Positions 1-13,656 of a stretch of 64,000 bases of DNA are shown here, piece by piece. The stretch comes from the human T2T-CHM13v2.0 reference genome, Homo sapiens. Below the pieces are notes generated by a model. The model had not been told where the DNA came from. It saw only the letters and a list, made by a program, of their open reading frames with translations, and searched no databases. Location: NCBI RefSeq assembly GCF_009914755.1, contig NC_060934.1; one strand, given 5' to 3'. A program made the position numbers and the translations under genes. Position 1 is the first letter of the stretch. Each line of letters begins with the position of its first letter.

Positions 1-789
1 CCTGTAATTGATCAAATCCACCCATTCCCCAGTGTCACTGCAAAATAATCCACAAACTCAAAACCTTTTAAATATCACATTTCAACAAACACTGAGTGTT
101 TGTTGAAGTCAAGCTGTTAGATAAATCATTAAAAAATGCCTCGTTGAAGAAGTAACCCCATATTCTTTGGGATATGCTATTTGTAGCTATGATTGTTTTA
201 ACTGCAAGAATCTATGAGATAGGGAAAAAAGAGGAAATGTTACTGCTATTAACAAATAATTATATGGCTTTTTAAAATGAATATATGCATTGTATTTACA
301 TATGAATTCCATCAAAATAATCTGGGGACACATAAAAAGTCAAAGAAAGTACTGAGATGGCTGAGTCACATCTTCATGCTGCTTTTCAACTCAATTTAGT
401 TCTGTACTGGAGGAAATAACCAATAAGTGATAAAATTAACACATTTTCCAATGTCCTTTTAGTTTGAATATGAAATATTAAATTTAATTAACTTGTTGAA
501 AAATAACCATAAGGCCATAATATTAAATTTTACATATTAGAATTATATGTCCAAATGACTAACTAAAATATTATTAGTGCTACTACAGGACCTATTTATT
601 CTATAGCTTTGGGCCCAGTTGACCAAAACACATAATGAATCTGGAACTGTGCCAATTAGTTGTTACTCAACAAATACTTGATTGATAAATGGTTAAATTT
701 CTAATGTGAAAAGTCACTTCTACTTATCCCCCTGGGAACACACTGGGTGTGTTTTTACTTAGATATAAAAGGAGTGGTTTCTGTAGCCT

Positions 790-3700
790 AATTCAAATTT
801 AAAAGTTTGGAAAAAACTGCATAAACATAAAAGAAAGAAAGAAATTCAAAACAAGCAGAAAGAAGATAATAAAAATAAGAGCAGAAACCACTGAAATTGA
901 AAATAACAAAATAATCGAGAAAAATCATTAAAACCAAATGGTTATTCTTAAAAAAAAACTCATAAAACTCTAGAAAGACAAAGACCAAAAGACAGAAAAT
1001 GCAAATCACTAATATTAGTAAAAATAAAATATCCCACAGACCCTGCAGCCAGCCCTTAAAAAGATAAGAAAGGAATGTAACAAAAAGTTTTACACTTACA
1101 AATTTGGCAACTTAGGAGAAATAAGCTAACTGCTTGAAAACAATAGACTCCCCAAACTCAACCTGAAAGAGAGCACCTGAATAGTCCTATAACCACTAAC
1201 GAAGTTTTATTTGTAATTACAATATTCCTAGTAAATCTCAGATCCAGATGGCATCACTGAAAATTTTTTACCAAATATTTAAATAAGAGTTTACACTACT
1301 CTTAGAAAATCTCTTCCAGAGAATACAGAGGACCGCATTCTTGTTTGTTTTGTTTGTTTGCTTGTTTGTTTTTATATTCAAATTGCTGTGATCTGAAAGA
1401 AGAGCTCTCTTCACAATTCACTTTATGAGGTCGGCATTTTCTTGATAATAAAAATAGGGAAAGATGGTACCAAAAAAAGAAAAAATCCCCCTACAGACCA
1501 ATATCATTCATGAGCTGAGATACAAAACTCCTCCACAGAATACTAACAAATCAAACCCAGAAACGTACAGCAAGAATTACACACCATGACCAAGTAGGGT
1601 GTATTCCAGGAATGCACGGCTCACTCAACATTTGAAATCCATTAATGTAATTCACCTGTCAACAGGTCAAAAAGAAGAAAGACCACATGATCACATCAGT
1701 TAATATGCACATACACAAATGGCAAAATCTAACATCCATTCGTGATAACGAATAACTCCCAGGAAGTTAGGAATAGATGGGAACTACTGAAATTCCATAA
1801 AGAGTGATTTAAAAATACCTACAGCTAACACCATGGTTACCAAAAGAGTGAACTCCTTCCCCCAATATCAGGCACAAGGCAAGGACATCCATGTTCACCC
1901 TTTGTGATTCAACATCATACAGGAAGTTTGGCTACCACAGTAGAGTAAGAAGACAAAAATAAAATGTGTACCTAAGAAAAGGAAGAAACTAAGTGTTCCT
2001 ATTTGCAGGTGGCATGACTGCTTATGCAGAACATCCCGGGGAATCTTTGAAAAAGAAAAACTATTTTAAAGACCCTCCTAGAATCCACCCAGTAATTTAC
2101 CAACGTCACAGAATACAAGACCAGCACATAAAAATCAGTCTCATGTCTATGTACTCACAATAAGCATATAAAAATTAAAACTGAAAATTTTGTTTAAAAT
2201 TGCTCCAAAGATAATGAAATCCTTAGGTATAAATGGAACATGTCCAAGATCTGTATGCTGAACATTACAAAATACAAGAGACAGAAACCGAGGAAGACAT
2301 AAACAAGTGAAGAGATCTGTTGTGTTCCTCTATGGGAAGACTCAGCATAGTAATGGTGCCAATTCCCCCAAATTTGTATATGAGTTTCATGCAAATTTTA
2401 TCAAAACCTCAGCAAGATTTTCTGTAGACATGAACAACATATTCTCAAATTTATATAGATAGACACAAGCACTAGAATAGCTAAGACAACCATGAAGAAA
2501 ATAATGAGGGGACCCTCCACCCCACATGAAGGATTACTATAGAGTGACAATAATCCAGAAAGTACTGTATTGGTGAAGGGATAGACATATAAATAAATGG
2601 AATCAAAGAGAGAATTCACAATTAGATCTACATAAATATACCACATTTATTGGTATATTTTGCACAAAGATGCCAAAGCCTAGCTTTTTCGACAAATGGT
2701 GCTGGAACAACTGAACACAGGCAAAATAAAAGTGTCAACCTAAGTCTCACATCTGATACAAGAATCAATTCAGTGGATCACAGAGTTAAACATTAAGTAT
2801 AAAATTTGTAAAATAAATGGGAAAAAAATCTTTGGAGTCTAGGATGAGGCAAAGAGTTCTTAGATTTAACATCAAAATTATAATCCACAAAAGGGTGCAT
2901 TTTGTAACTTAGATTTCATCAAAATTAAAAGTTTTGTTCTGCAAAAGACCCTGTTAAGAGGATGATAAGACAAACTACAGCCTGGGAGAATATTTTCAAA
3001 CTACATAAAAAAGTCAAGGAAAAGTATCTAGAATGTACTATGAACTCTCAAAACTCAAAAATAAGAAACAATCAAATAAGAAAATAAGCAAAAGTATTTG
3101 AACAGATATTTCACTGAAGACATACAGATGACACGTGATCACAGGAAAAGATGTTTAACTTCATCAGCCATCAGAAAAAAAATGCATACTAAAATCAAAA
3201 TGAGATGTCACTACGCTACATACCTGTCAGAATGGCTTTAGGAGTAGTGACAGGATAAAATACTGGCAAGAGTGGAAAGAAACGGGTCTCACATACATTG
3301 TGGTAGGAATGTAAAATGGTACAGCCACTCCAAAAAATAATTTAGTAGTTTCTCGTAAAAATAAGCATGTAATTAACATATAACTCAGCAATTGCATTGT
3401 CGCGTATTTATCCCTAAAAATTAAATACTTATTCACAAGAAAACCTACACAAATGTTTATGTCATCTTTATTCCTGACAGCAAAAACTAGAAACAACTCA
3501 AATGTCCTTCAACAGGTAAATAAAATAAGCTTCATGCATATTATGAAATACTTTACAGCAGTAAAAAGGTGCTAAATTTTAATACATCCAACAATTGAGG
3601 TAAATCTTCAGATAATTCTGCTGAGTGAAATAAAACGCTCATTCCAAAAGGTTACATACAGTCTGATTCCACTTATTTAACATTCTTCAATTAGTATGAT

Positions 3701-4098
3701 TATAGAAACAGAAAACATGTTAGGAGCAAACAGGGTTAAAGACAGGAGGAGGTTCTGGGGCGGGGGAGAAAACAGCAACTCAAAGGGTCCCTGTGGTGAA
3801 GGGATGTTCTGTACCTTGATCGTGGTGGTGGGTACACAAACTTACACCTGTAATAAATTACACACACACACACATACACACACACATGAATGAGTACAAG
3901 CGCAAGTAAAACTGAAGAAATCTGAACAAGATTGGTGGATTGTATTAATGTGGATATACTATGATGATATTATATTATGGTTTTGCTCAATGTTATCATT
4001 GAAAGAATCTCAGTAAAGGACACACGGGATCTTTGTATTATTTCTTACATATGCATGTAAATCTATGTTCTCTTGAAATAAAAGTATAATTGAAAAAA
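790..4098 (+). mobile_element. Old LINE-1 (L1MD-like): decayed ORF2 plus 3' UTR
   Basis: A-rich L1 ORF2-like text (e.g. AGACCAATATCATTCATGA, CACCATGACCAAGTAGGG, GACAAATGGTGCTGGAACAACTG). The 3' UTR has (CA)n followed by ATGAGTACAAG...ATCTGAACAAGATTGGTGGATTGTAT...GGGATCTTTGTATTATTTCTTACA, as in L1MD 3' ends. No intact ORF. Confidence 0.85.
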
Positions 4099-4526
4099 CA
4101 ATTTGAAAAGTATATTTCGATAGATTCAAACATCTTCAGTAGAAACAAACGGCAGTTCTGAATGAATACATTAGCTACCTGGCAGCTATTGAAATCGTGC
4201 TCCTGCAGGACATAGCACTGCCGTGATGCAGTCTGCACCCTGTGTAATTTCCACTTGGCTACGTGACAACTTGGGTTGAGGATATGCTCACAGTTTGGAC
4301 AAATGACTGTATTATGTCTCATTAAGGATCATAAATACCAATCAACCTAATCACAAAAGTGCTGTTTCAGTGTTCAGACAGCTCTTTAATCTGGACGAAG
4401 GTGACAAAGATGAGTAATTTTATTATCTTAATCACTGCATTTACTACTGTGGAGAAGAGAAACACAGCCCTTCTGTTGTTCTGAATAAGCCATATCCAAA
4501 ATTTTGCTTCTGAGATTTCTTTAATA

Positions 4527-4690
4527 AGAAAGAGAGAGAAGGAAAGAAGGAAGGAAGGAAGGAAGGAAGGAAGGAAGGAAGGAAGGAAGGAAGGAAGGAA
4601 GGATGCAAGAAAGGAAGGAAGGGAGGGAGGGAGGGAAAGGAGAGAGGAGGGAAGGAGGAGAGGTAAGGGGAGGGGAAAGGAGAAAGAAAA
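4527..4690 (+). repeat. Polypurine tract with (GGAA)13 microsatellite at 4549-4600
   Basis: Direct reading: 13 consecutive GGAA inside a near-pure purine run. Confidence 0.97.
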
Positions 4691-4759
4691 CTGAGATAAA
4701 CAGGTAGCACAACGTCGTAGGAAATAGCTCAGGAAATACCAGCTCAGGCATGGTATTTG

Positions 4760-4950
4760 AGCTGGTCTGGGTTTGAATTCTATTTCTGCAAGTCTCTGGA
4801 CTTTGGAGAAGTTAATGTCTCTAAGAGGTTTCTTCATCTATAAAATAAGAACAGTAGTCAGCCCTATTTTGCAGAGTTGGACAAAATATGATGAATCTAA
4901 GGTTTTTAAGACACAGCCGTTGGCCAATAACGGATAGTTATTATTAATTT
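4760..4950 (+). mobile_element. MIR SINE fragment
   Basis: CTGGGTTTGAATTC...ACTTTGGAGAAGTTA...GTTTCTTCATCTATAAAAT resembles the MIR core. Confidence 0.65.
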
Positions 4951-6087
4951 ATGAACAATAATCCATGTACTTTTCTTTACTTTACACTCAGATTTAATCT
5001 AATCCGTATTTATTGTTATAAGGATGCATTATTTCTAATGTGTTTCCTGCTAAGTGTCTCTGTGATTGGCAATCACATACCCATTGTAGACTCTGAAAAA
5101 TTTAAGAAATAGACATGAAGAGAAAAATAGTTGCTTTACTGCTACTAAAAAATATTTTAAAGAAAACAGATTAGATCTACTCTGAAATGGGATTCTTATT
5201 ACCATCTCTACTCCAAGTCCAGACCTCCACAGGGGAGAAACAGGTCTCTGAGAAAATTGTTACACAGCCAGTTATGACAATCTCTTCTCCTCAATTCCTT
5301 AAATCAAGAACTAAGAAAAATTAGGCCCTAGAATTACCTCTAAAGGACATACTTAGGTAAGCAAAGAAGAGACCAATCTGATAGCCTGGAAGAGAGGAAA
5401 TCAAAAAGTCAAGAAAACTTGGGTACTTCTGCTCACATCATTCTTCAGATTTCTACACACATAAGAGCAATTAATCAATGACGGCTTAAGAGGTTCTCTG
5501 CAAAATATTCCCAGGATGATCTCCTCTAACCAGTGACCACTAAAGGAGCAAAAGATTGTTTTATTTGTATATGTTGTGTAGAAGAGGGCTTTGTTTTAGA
5601 AAGCCTGGGTTTTGCCTTTGAGATGCTACTTTTGAAAGTTAAAGAGAACTGGTAGAAGAGACAGAAGGTCCTGATGTGTCCAGCAGGATCTTTCTGTTCC
5701 TACATATCTTCCCCTCTAAGTATCTACCTATAGGACACTGCTTTTACCATGGCTAACTTCTCTTTATCTTCCTATCTTCTTTGTTTTAATTCTATGTTTT
5801 TTCTCTTCTGTCTTTTATTGTTTCTCTGAGTATATTCTTTTTCATAGAAAAAAATGTTGGCCATTTGAAGACATTGGGCTCAATCACAAGAGTTCTGTCT
5901 GGAAAATTAAAGAAATGCAATGAATGCATTGTGACACGTCTTCAAGCTCCTTGTCTCTTACTTGGCAGTTTTCTTTGTTGCTGGGTATTTGTGGACTTCA
6001 CTTTGCAAGAACGTCTCCCTGGATACTTCTAGTTTAACTGTTGTTTTAGTAGCATAGGAGACTTGGCAGGATGGATACTGGATAATT

Positions 6088-8232
6088 CATATATTTCATC
6101 AATTGCTGTGAAACAAACACCTTGGAAGTTTAGTAGCTTAGAAAATCTCATTAGTTTGGGATTCTGTGGGTCAGTAGCTGGAACTGGGCTCAGCTGGGTG
6201 ACTCTTCTGCTAATATCCATGGAGTCACCTCTGTAGCTACAGTTTTCTGGTTGACTTCATTCACGTGTCTGGTAGGTGATGTTGGCAGGTGCCTGAGCCA
6301 TATTTCTTCAGCAGACTACCCTGTGCTTCCTCTTATAGAGGAAAAGGAGTCCCTAGGATCAAGAGACAGAATTCCCCAGTGAGAAAGCTCATTTTCAGCA
6401 CCTGCTTGCATTATAATTGCTAATGTTTCATTGGCCAAATAAAGTTACATGTCTAAGCCCAGAGTCTATATGACCAGGACTGTCCAAGTATATAAATCCA
6501 GGGAGGTATCCAACAGGGACTAATACTGCTAAAATTTACAACAGGCCACCCTCAATGCCAATGATTCATGTCTCTAACCTACAAAACATACTCATCTCCT
6601 CCCAAGATGCCAAGATTTATCCAGTCACTGAATTAGGCGCCAAATCCACAACCATGTGGCTTGCATGAGGTTCAGATGCTAATGAGATTCTTCAAGTGCA
6701 ACTTCTCAGGTGGAGTTCCTCCTGATTGCATTAAGACAAAGACTAGATAACTGCAACAGGCATGCCTACTTTAAAAGGTGGGGATTGAGAAGGGCAAAGC
6801 AGTCACTAGACCACAGTAATCATGAAACCCAACAAGCCACACCTTGCCAGTTCCCCAGCAAAAGGAGCATATTTCTTGACAAGGGTCGATGTTTGCTACC
6901 TGAGAGTAGCACCTCAGTGCACTGTTCTCCATGGCTCTCTGCTCTGCTTTCTGACCTCTTGGCTCTATCCTGTAAGACATCTTTCTTTTTCTAAAAAGGA
7001 GTTGTTTGCAGCTGAGCAGCTTTCTCAGCCTAAAACCTCCTTATAGAAAGTTAGAAATGCAGGGTCTTTTAAAAAATTTCTGAACAGTCACAATCCTTTT
7101 GGTGTACACTGACACAATTTCTTTAAAAACTTTGTGGCTTCCTGATGTATCTTATTGAAGTTCATTCCATGACAAAAAGCCTATATCCTAATTCTTTTTG
7201 AGAAAGATCTTTTTCTATGTTGAGCATGTCTTGACACTTTAAACAACTCCTTTAATATTTTTAGAAGTCTGTTTGTCTAACTTTTCTTTACATCTTTTTT
7301 AAACATTTTTTAAAGGGGCTGTGTAGCCACACATTTGATTTGATCATGACTTGAGATCATTTCTTACTTTGAGAATCTTTTATTTTCCCACTGGCAGGTA
7401 CTGAGTTCTTTATGTTTTCTCTAAAGTTTGCTGGAAAACTAGAGTTTCTTCCTTAGTCATCTTTCTCTTGTAGTACTTTATCCTACATCTACATGCATCC
7501 AACAAAATCTATCAACATCCTACTTAAATATAACTCTTTAGCTCTAATCAACAAGACCATTAGGGGCTTTTTCCCCTCAGAATATGGGAGACAACATTTT
7601 GTTAATTCTCATAACACTACACACATGTCACTGTTTTCCCAACCTTCTGTAGAAGTTTCTTTATTTTTTTTCCTTCCTTTAGTCATCACTCAGTTCCAAA
7701 GCCAATACCACACATTTAGGTTTGGTTACAACACAATCCAACTTCAAAGTAGCAGTTACTTTTTAAAATTTATTTATTTATTTATTCCTGGATAACAAAT
7801 CATTCTAAAAATGATTGTCCGAAAACAACTATTTATGAGCCCATAATTCTGTGGATTGGTAGTTTGGGCTGGGCTCAGCTGGATGGTTTTTCTCCAACTT
7901 GCATCTTGATTTACTCATATAGGTGCAGTCATCTGATGGCTCAGCTGGAGCTGCTGGTCTGAGACATCCTCAGTCGCTTCTCTGACAGCTGGTTTTGTCT
8001 CCAGTGAACAAGTCCTGGCTTCTTCACATAGAGGAAAACAGCCCAGCAACACAAGAGAGTAAGACCAGCTATGCAAATGTTTGTCAAGAATTTGCTTTCT
8101 TCAATTGTGTTCATCTCCCATTGGCCAAAGCAAGTCACATGGAGTCAATATGGTGGCAGAGAAGAGGCCCACAGGGGTGTGGATGCAGGGAGGGATGACC
8201 TTGAAGGGAAACCATTATAATAATCTGCCACA
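6088..8232 (-). mobile_element. Full-structure ancient MaLR element (MLT1-class LTR ~6088-6543, internal ~6544-7759, LTR ~7760-8232)
   Basis: Two same-orientation diverged LTRs share CTGGGCTCAGCTGG and CATTGGCCAAA and end in AATTTACAACA / AATCTGCCACA. The internal region ends with TTCCAAAGCCAATACCACACATTTAGGT, like the MaLR internal terminus. Confidence 0.75.
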
Positions 8233-8249
8233 ATGTTTTAGGAATGCTA

Positions 8250-8492
8250 ATATGATAATAACATCACTCTTTATTGAATATTGTGTTAGAACCCTGACAA
8301 GTTCTTTACGTTTAATCTTGCTTAAATTCCATAACAACATTATTGGGAAGGTAACCACTTCAAAGATGAGGAAAAAAAGCTGAAGATGTCCAGTGGCAGG
8401 ATACAGAAGAAACTAGTGGCAAAGTCAGGCCTCCAACTAAGGTCTGTCTGACAAAGTCTATGTATTTAAGCACCGTGTTACACTGCCTCCTC
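8250..8492 (-). mobile_element. MIR SINE
   Basis: AGATGAGGAAA...GCTGA...CTAGTGGCAAAGTCAGG...AGGTCTGTCTGAC...ACACTGCCTC is an antisense MIR pattern. Confidence 0.65.
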
Positions 8493-8724
8493 ATAGATGG
8501 TATTCCCACAGGAGACCCTCAAAAATAATCTTGGGTTCTGATTTATTTTCTTATAAAATAATTTCTCTTCATTCAGGTATGAGAAAAAGATCTTTCTGTA
8601 TTATATTTTTGTAATAAATATCAACCAAACCACTGATTATTTTTATAACTTGTTCTAACCAATCAATAAACATTCACCAGAACCAAATTTTAGTGTGGAG
8701 AAATGAATACTAAGGTTATCAAGG

Positions 8725-8870
8725 GAAGGCCAGGTTTGAACCCCAGTTCTGCTATTATGTAGATGTGTGAATTCCATTGCATGAATCATTTACCCCCCTG
8801 AGCCTCCATTTCCCCATTTGTAAGAAAGAGTTACTAACCTCACAGGATTATCGTGAGGGTTAAATGTGGC
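8725..8870 (+). mobile_element. MIR SINE fragment
   Basis: GGTTTGAACCCCAGTTCTGC...CTGAGCCTCCATTTCCCCATTTGTAA...ACCTCACAGGATTATCGTGAGGGTTAAATG. Confidence 0.75.
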
Positions 8871-10654
8871 ATTGGAATAAACACATTTTATTAACAAGAA
8901 AGTGCTACAAAAACACAGCATGTTAAATTAATAAAGAGAAATCTGGACTGTCTTTGTGCATAACTAGATCTCTGTTGTTTAACACCTGCTTTTGAGGCCA
9001 CTACAGTGACTCAATAGAATGATCGATTAATTTAGCTGGAATGAGTTTTCTACCTCCTAGCTAGAAAAATTGTAGTAAATATTTAATGTAGCATCTTTAT
9101 AATTTGTTTCTTAATTCACCTTTGTTCTCCTTGGATTTTTACTTATTTTCCTCCTCCTAGTTGTGGAATAGCTTAACTTTTCTTTCCCCAGTCAGACTGG
9201 AATAGGAGGAAACTATCCTTTCTCAATCCCTTTCTCAAACTATCACTCTCAACTAGATTTGTCAGCGTTATGATCTACATTCCCATTTACAATATATTTC
9301 AGCTTGTCTTTCATGCTGGTTTCCACGTCTTTTTTATCACATCTCTCACTATTTGCCCATTAAAATGCTATAAATAACATCAGATCCTGTCTTGGACGCA
9401 GCCGTTCTCACTCATCACTGTCAAAGTGCTTCCAATGATAGCGTATTCCTCTTAACCACTGCCAGAAACATGAAGAGCACTTGAAGAATTGCTTGATTCT
9501 TTATGACAGCATTTACCCTCTCAACAAAGAACCCATGGTATTTTATGAAGCCTGATCTCTCAGTAAAAACTCACTAAACATGCCCTCAGGGTGATACATT
9601 TTTTCTGGAGCTATGACCATCTACAAGTCACTGTGCTAGAGGAATAAGTCAGCCTCCTTGCCTGCAAGGGACTTAAAATCTTACAGGAAAAGAGGGACAT
9701 CGAGAGAGAAAACTAACCAAGTAGCATGATGAACTCATTGGCAGGTGCCAACACACTGTGCTGCCATGATGAAGACCTTGTGCCGTCCAGTGGGACTTGT
9801 TGAGAGCTTGCTGCAAGTTCATTTTCCAGATCTTTTACAAAAATTAGGTGACATTTTTTGAGCATGAGTTATAAACACTTATTGACATTAACATTAAGGA
9901 TTTTGATTAATCCTTCTACATTTTTGCTTTTTCCCCTTTATAACCATTTTCTGCTTGCCAAGACACTTAAATTATTTATTCAGAATTCTGCCAAAATGTA
10001 AACCAGTAGGATATCTTCAAAATATTTGATTATTTGCTTCGTTTGGTTTCTACTAGTAGAAGCACAGACGGAATACTTACAGATTATTTTTGGCCTGCTC
10101 ATTTTATCAGTGTATTTTGGGTTTCTTGATTTACCTCATATTTTAGCACATGTTTAGCTTTTGCTTATGTAAAAACCATTTCAGTTAGCTTATCTTAACT
10201 GATTTCTCCAAGACAATTCATCAGCTGATACCCTTCCGTAGTTCGTCTACTTAAATACCTTTTCCTGGTGTGCACTGGTGCTGAAAGTTCTACTACTTTT
10301 ATTTGTCTGATCTTTTTTTCTTTCCATGAATATACCTTTCCACATTGCTGTACCAACGAACACTAAATTAACATACACCTTGCAATGCTGCAGAACTCTC
10401 ATAAGGCCTCAGTTCTCAGTGATTGTCTTTGTTACTAATTATTTTTCACAGGTGAGTGATACGGTATTTTGAAGAATCTGTCAATCTCAGTTTAAGGACT
10501 GCTTTCTACAGAATCCTTCCCACCTTCCTCAGGAATATGTTAGGACACCCTCTGTGTGTCCACTTCGCTTCAGACTTGCTGGAATTAAAGAAATGTTTAG
10601 ATTGTAGTTGGCAAGACCATCAGGTTGAGTGTCTCGGTATCAGCAGCACGGTGA

Positions 10655-10968
<314 letters not shown>

Positions 10969-10989
10969 ATGGTGTTTTTTCTTTATTCC

Positions 10990-11355
10990 CCGTATATGCC
11001 CCCAAGTTCCCACCCAGCCCTGTGCTCTGAGACGCTGCCCTGCAGCACATCCCAGTGGCCTCCGGGTGGGCATGGGGGCTGGGGAGTCCCAGGAGACAGA
11101 TGAAAGGAGTTAGGCAGAGCGTTCAACCTCACCATCTCTCCATGGGGAACCCCACAGGGGGCCGCCTTCCTTGACAAGCAAGGCTGTCCATATGGCTGGG
11201 CTGACTCTGAGCTTCTGTAACTATTCCCACCCCACCCTCCAGAGCTGGCAGTCACTGACCCTACTCTTGTAAGTCCCTGACTGCATTTTGGCTTGCTGGT
11301 TTTCCTACAGCTTGCCCATCCTTTTGTAACTAGCACTTTACTAAACTCCCTTACT
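10990..11355 (+). mobile_element. Old ERVL-class LTR (LTR33/LTR16-like)
   Basis: TGCCCATCCTTTTGTAACTAGCACTTTACTAAACTCCC resembles the LTR33-type polyA-signal region. Highly diverged. Confidence 0.45.
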
Positions 11356-12075
11356 CCTGATCTAGTGGGTGACTAACCCAGTGCCTGGCACATGGAATTG
11401 GCTTATTTAATGAACAAGATAAATAAAGAAGCTTACAATGTGACAGTGTTTACCCAAAAAAAAAATTAAGGAAAGGGAATTTAACTTTGTAGTTGCATAT
11501 TCACAAATTGAGAATGAGGAGGGAATAAACAAGAACCTGAATTTTTCTATGCAGATACATTTGTTTGGAGATGTAGGTTGCCTCATTCTTACAGGCAGAA
11601 TTCAAAAGTAAAAAACTGCACAATGACTCATGCATCTGACCTCAATTTTGCCTTTTTAAAATAAATCTGACCTATAAGACATATATTTTAAAAATTGACC
11701 TATTTTATGACCTGGTTGCATCTCTTCAATGAACAAATCAAACACTTGGATGAAGGCGTGGCGTCTGTTCTTGAGAGAAAAGGAGGATGATGTGATTCAA
11801 AGCACAGGGGAAATTACAGTATATTTAAAGGAATAAATCACCTGGGGCCTGTTATGTTACTTAATTTTAATCAGCATATAGGTCACCAACCGACGGAATG
11901 ATTTAATTTGGCTTCCCTGAGGTGACTTTATCTCAAGACGTAATGATCTCCTTGGAAGCCTCATCCATTGTCAACAAGATCAAGTCAATAGGCAGGGCTC
12001 AGAGGCCTACAGTAAGCCATGTTGGGGAGGGTGTGAGAGGGGAGCATCAGGACCAGAGACACGCAACTTTGAGTG

Positions 12076-12742
<667 letters not shown>

Positions 12743-12760
12743 AGCTGGAGCTTGCATGGG

Positions 12761-12980
12761 ATCAGGACCAGAGACGCGTGGTTTGAGTCCCAGCCCCACC
12801 TCCTGCTGTGTAATCTCGGGGAAGTTATTCACCTCCTCGAAACCTCGGTTTCCTTATGAATATAATGTGGACAATACAGCAATCTCATAATATGATGATA
12901 AATCAGTGAGATAATATGCGTACATTTTTTAGATCGGTGCCTGAAAGCACACCATGGGTGCCTTATAGCTATCAGTATCT
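12761..12980 (+). mobile_element. MIR SINE
   Basis: GGTTTGAGTCCCAGCCCCACC...GCTGTGTAATCTCGGGGAAGTTA...AACCTCGGTTTCCTTAT...GAGATAATATGCGTA...GTGCCTG. Confidence 0.75.
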
Positions 12981-13191
12981 TCCTCATTGGGTGGACAATT
13001 AAAAAGTAAACTTTTTTTTTGCTCACTACAATAAAAACTAGTTTTTTTCATGATTCAAAATAAGAGACCAGGAATGACCTATCTATTCCAAGCTTTTGAA
13101 AACACAGAACCTGCAGATCTGAATGCCTGCGGGCTGTGGTGCACGGCAGTCATCCCGGCCCCTGTGCTCCCCTCAGACTCGAGTCTCGCAG

Positions 13192-13656
13192 GAGCTGTCC
13201 CTGGGTGGAGAGCACGCGTGTTGAGCTGCCCCTGGGTGGAGTGCACGCATGTTGAGCTTCCCCTGGGTGGAGTGCACGCATGTTGAGCTTCCCCTGGGTG
13301 GAGTGCACACGTGTTGAGCTGCCCCTGGGTGGAGAGCACGCGTGTTGAGCTGCCCCTGGGTGGAGTGCACGCGTGTTGAGCTTCCCCTGGGTGGAGTGCA
13401 CGAGTGTTGAGCTGCCCCTGGGTGGAGTGCACGCATGTTGAGCTTCCCCTGGGTGGAGTGCACGCGTGTTGAGCTGCCCCTGGGTGGAGTGCACGCGTGT
13501 TGAGCTTCCCCTGGGTGGAGTGCACGCGTGTTGAGCTTCCCCTGGGTGGAGTGCACGCGTGTTGAGCTGCCCCTGGGTGGAGTGCACGCGTGTTGAGCTG
13601 CCCCTGGGTGGAGTGCACGCATGTTGAGCTTCCCCTGGGTGGAGTGCACGCGTGTT
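13192..13656 (+). repeat. VNTR, 15 x 31 bp, consensus GAGCT(G/T)CCCCTGGGTGGAGTGCACGC(G/A)TGTT
   Basis: Unit starts at 13192, 13223, 13254 ... 13626, with an exact 31-nt period and only a few variable positions. Confidence 0.99.

Noticed and set aside
13192-13656. CRISPR-like array (31-bp repeats)
   Set aside because: Units are contiguous with no unique spacers, there are no cas genes, and the context is primate.
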